From positions 247,814,001 through 247,878,000 of the forward strand of contig OZ024743.1 of NCBI GenBank assembly GCA_964016885.1: a stretch of DNA of 64,000 nucleotides, written 5' to 3'. The stretch is from Eledone cirrhosa (lineage: Eukaryota). Positions 62,807 to 64,000 of this stretch are shown here, piece by piece. Under the pieces are notes generated by a model. It ran no database searches, was not told the origin of the DNA, and was given only the letters and a program-made list of their open reading frames with translations. The position numbers and the translations under genes were made by a program. Within the stretch, counting starts at the first letter, position 1. The number at the start of each line of letters is the position of its first letter.

Positions 62807-64000
62807 ATGCATACACACACATATGCACATACAAACACGCACACATATATATAAATGCTTGTTTTGTGGGATTGTGTGATAAATACACTAAAACATGTAT
62901 TGAATTAAGCATTCTTATGTATTGTATGGAGCCAATATATAATAATAGTTTTGCTAACGTTGGTGGATTACCAAAACAATGTGTTTTATTAAACCAGTCC
63001 ATCTCACGGGGCTCATTCTTACAAACAGTTCTAACTAAAGGTGCTTCTGAAAATACTTAACCAGACCAAAATACCCCCAAATAACAGCTTAGTGTAGAAA
63101 CTGCGGTGGATTAGCAGCATCCGTAGAGCGTCAGACAGCATGCTTTGCAGCATAGTTATGGCCCTTTACGTTCTAAGTTTAAATCCCGCCGAGGTTAACT
63201 TTGCCTTTCATCCTTACGGGGTCGATAAAATAAAGCACCAGTAATAAACTGGGGTAATTGCTAGCCTTGTGCCAAAAGTAGAAACAATTATAAGAAACTA
63301 CGAAATACAGCAGCTGAAGCCTGATGTTGCCTGTCATTCTCATACCAGTAATTAGTGCAGATTGGTGGTTGTTTAGCCGGGCGGGTTGGGATATGGTTTT
63401 GAAGGTCATGTGTGATTTTTACTTATCCTTGTGTGGTAAGGGTCCGATGAGTGGGGTCGAATATAAGTTTATAGGTTATGTTTGCTTGAGTTCGTGGATA
63501 GCTTTGGTTTGTAGTAGATTTATTTGGGTTCAAGTGACAGTTATAGTTACATATATGCATTTAGAGTAGTTCTGTGACTGAAATTGTAAAAATTAGAAAA
63601 TAATGTCGTAAAAGGAAAAGAAATGAGCCGATTGTCAAATCGGACCAATGATTTTGTGTAAATAGATGTTGGTTTTTCATTGTATTTAATGAAGTCGAGT
63701 GAAATAGTCGGGGCAGGGAAATGGGGTGGGGAGCGGAAGCATTTCTCAAAATGCAAATATAATTAATACATATAGAAAGAAACAGATGTTAAAAAACATC
63801 ATACATTAAAACAAAATAAAGTGATCGTTTGTGAAGGCACTTGGTTTAGTGGTTAGGGCATTCAACTCACGATTGGATGGCCGCGAGTTCGATTTCCGAC
63901 GGTATGTTGTAACCTTGAGCAATATACTTTATTTCACATTGTTCCAGTCCTCAACTAGCAAAAACGATTTGTACCTGTAATTCAAAATGGCATCCTTGTC

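Overview
AT-rich, intron-containing animal genomic DNA. The SINE/RTE-LINE/Penelope/Helitron content and the dense (TA)n/(CA)n tracts suggest a coleoid cephalopod such as Octopus (inference). Host genes: (1) the last seven coding exons of a HERPUD1/2-like gene on the + strand (616-21976), with phase-consistent GT-AG introns and a probable ~2.2 kb 3' UTR; (2) an ankyrin-repeat/SOCS-box (ASB-family) ORF on the - strand (45173-46291); (3) possibly a third + strand gene whose first intron would contain the ASB gene (low confidence). Most of the remainder is mobile DNA: Buster-type hAT transposons and MITEs, an internally deleted Helitron with intact termini, RTE, CR1, HERO, CRE and I-group LINE fragments, Penelope-like elements, two tRNA-derived SINE families, minisatellites and microsatellites. 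The most interesting non-coding signals are several unrelated families of minimal type-I hammerhead ribozyme motifs in Penelope-like repeats (one textbook-intact at 42595-42657), long fold-back hairpins, an inverted SINE pair bracketing a HERPUD exon, an apparent ATTAT target preference of one SINE family, and a both-ends-retained RTE element with its RT domain deleted in frame. All calls are by eye; no database searches were run.
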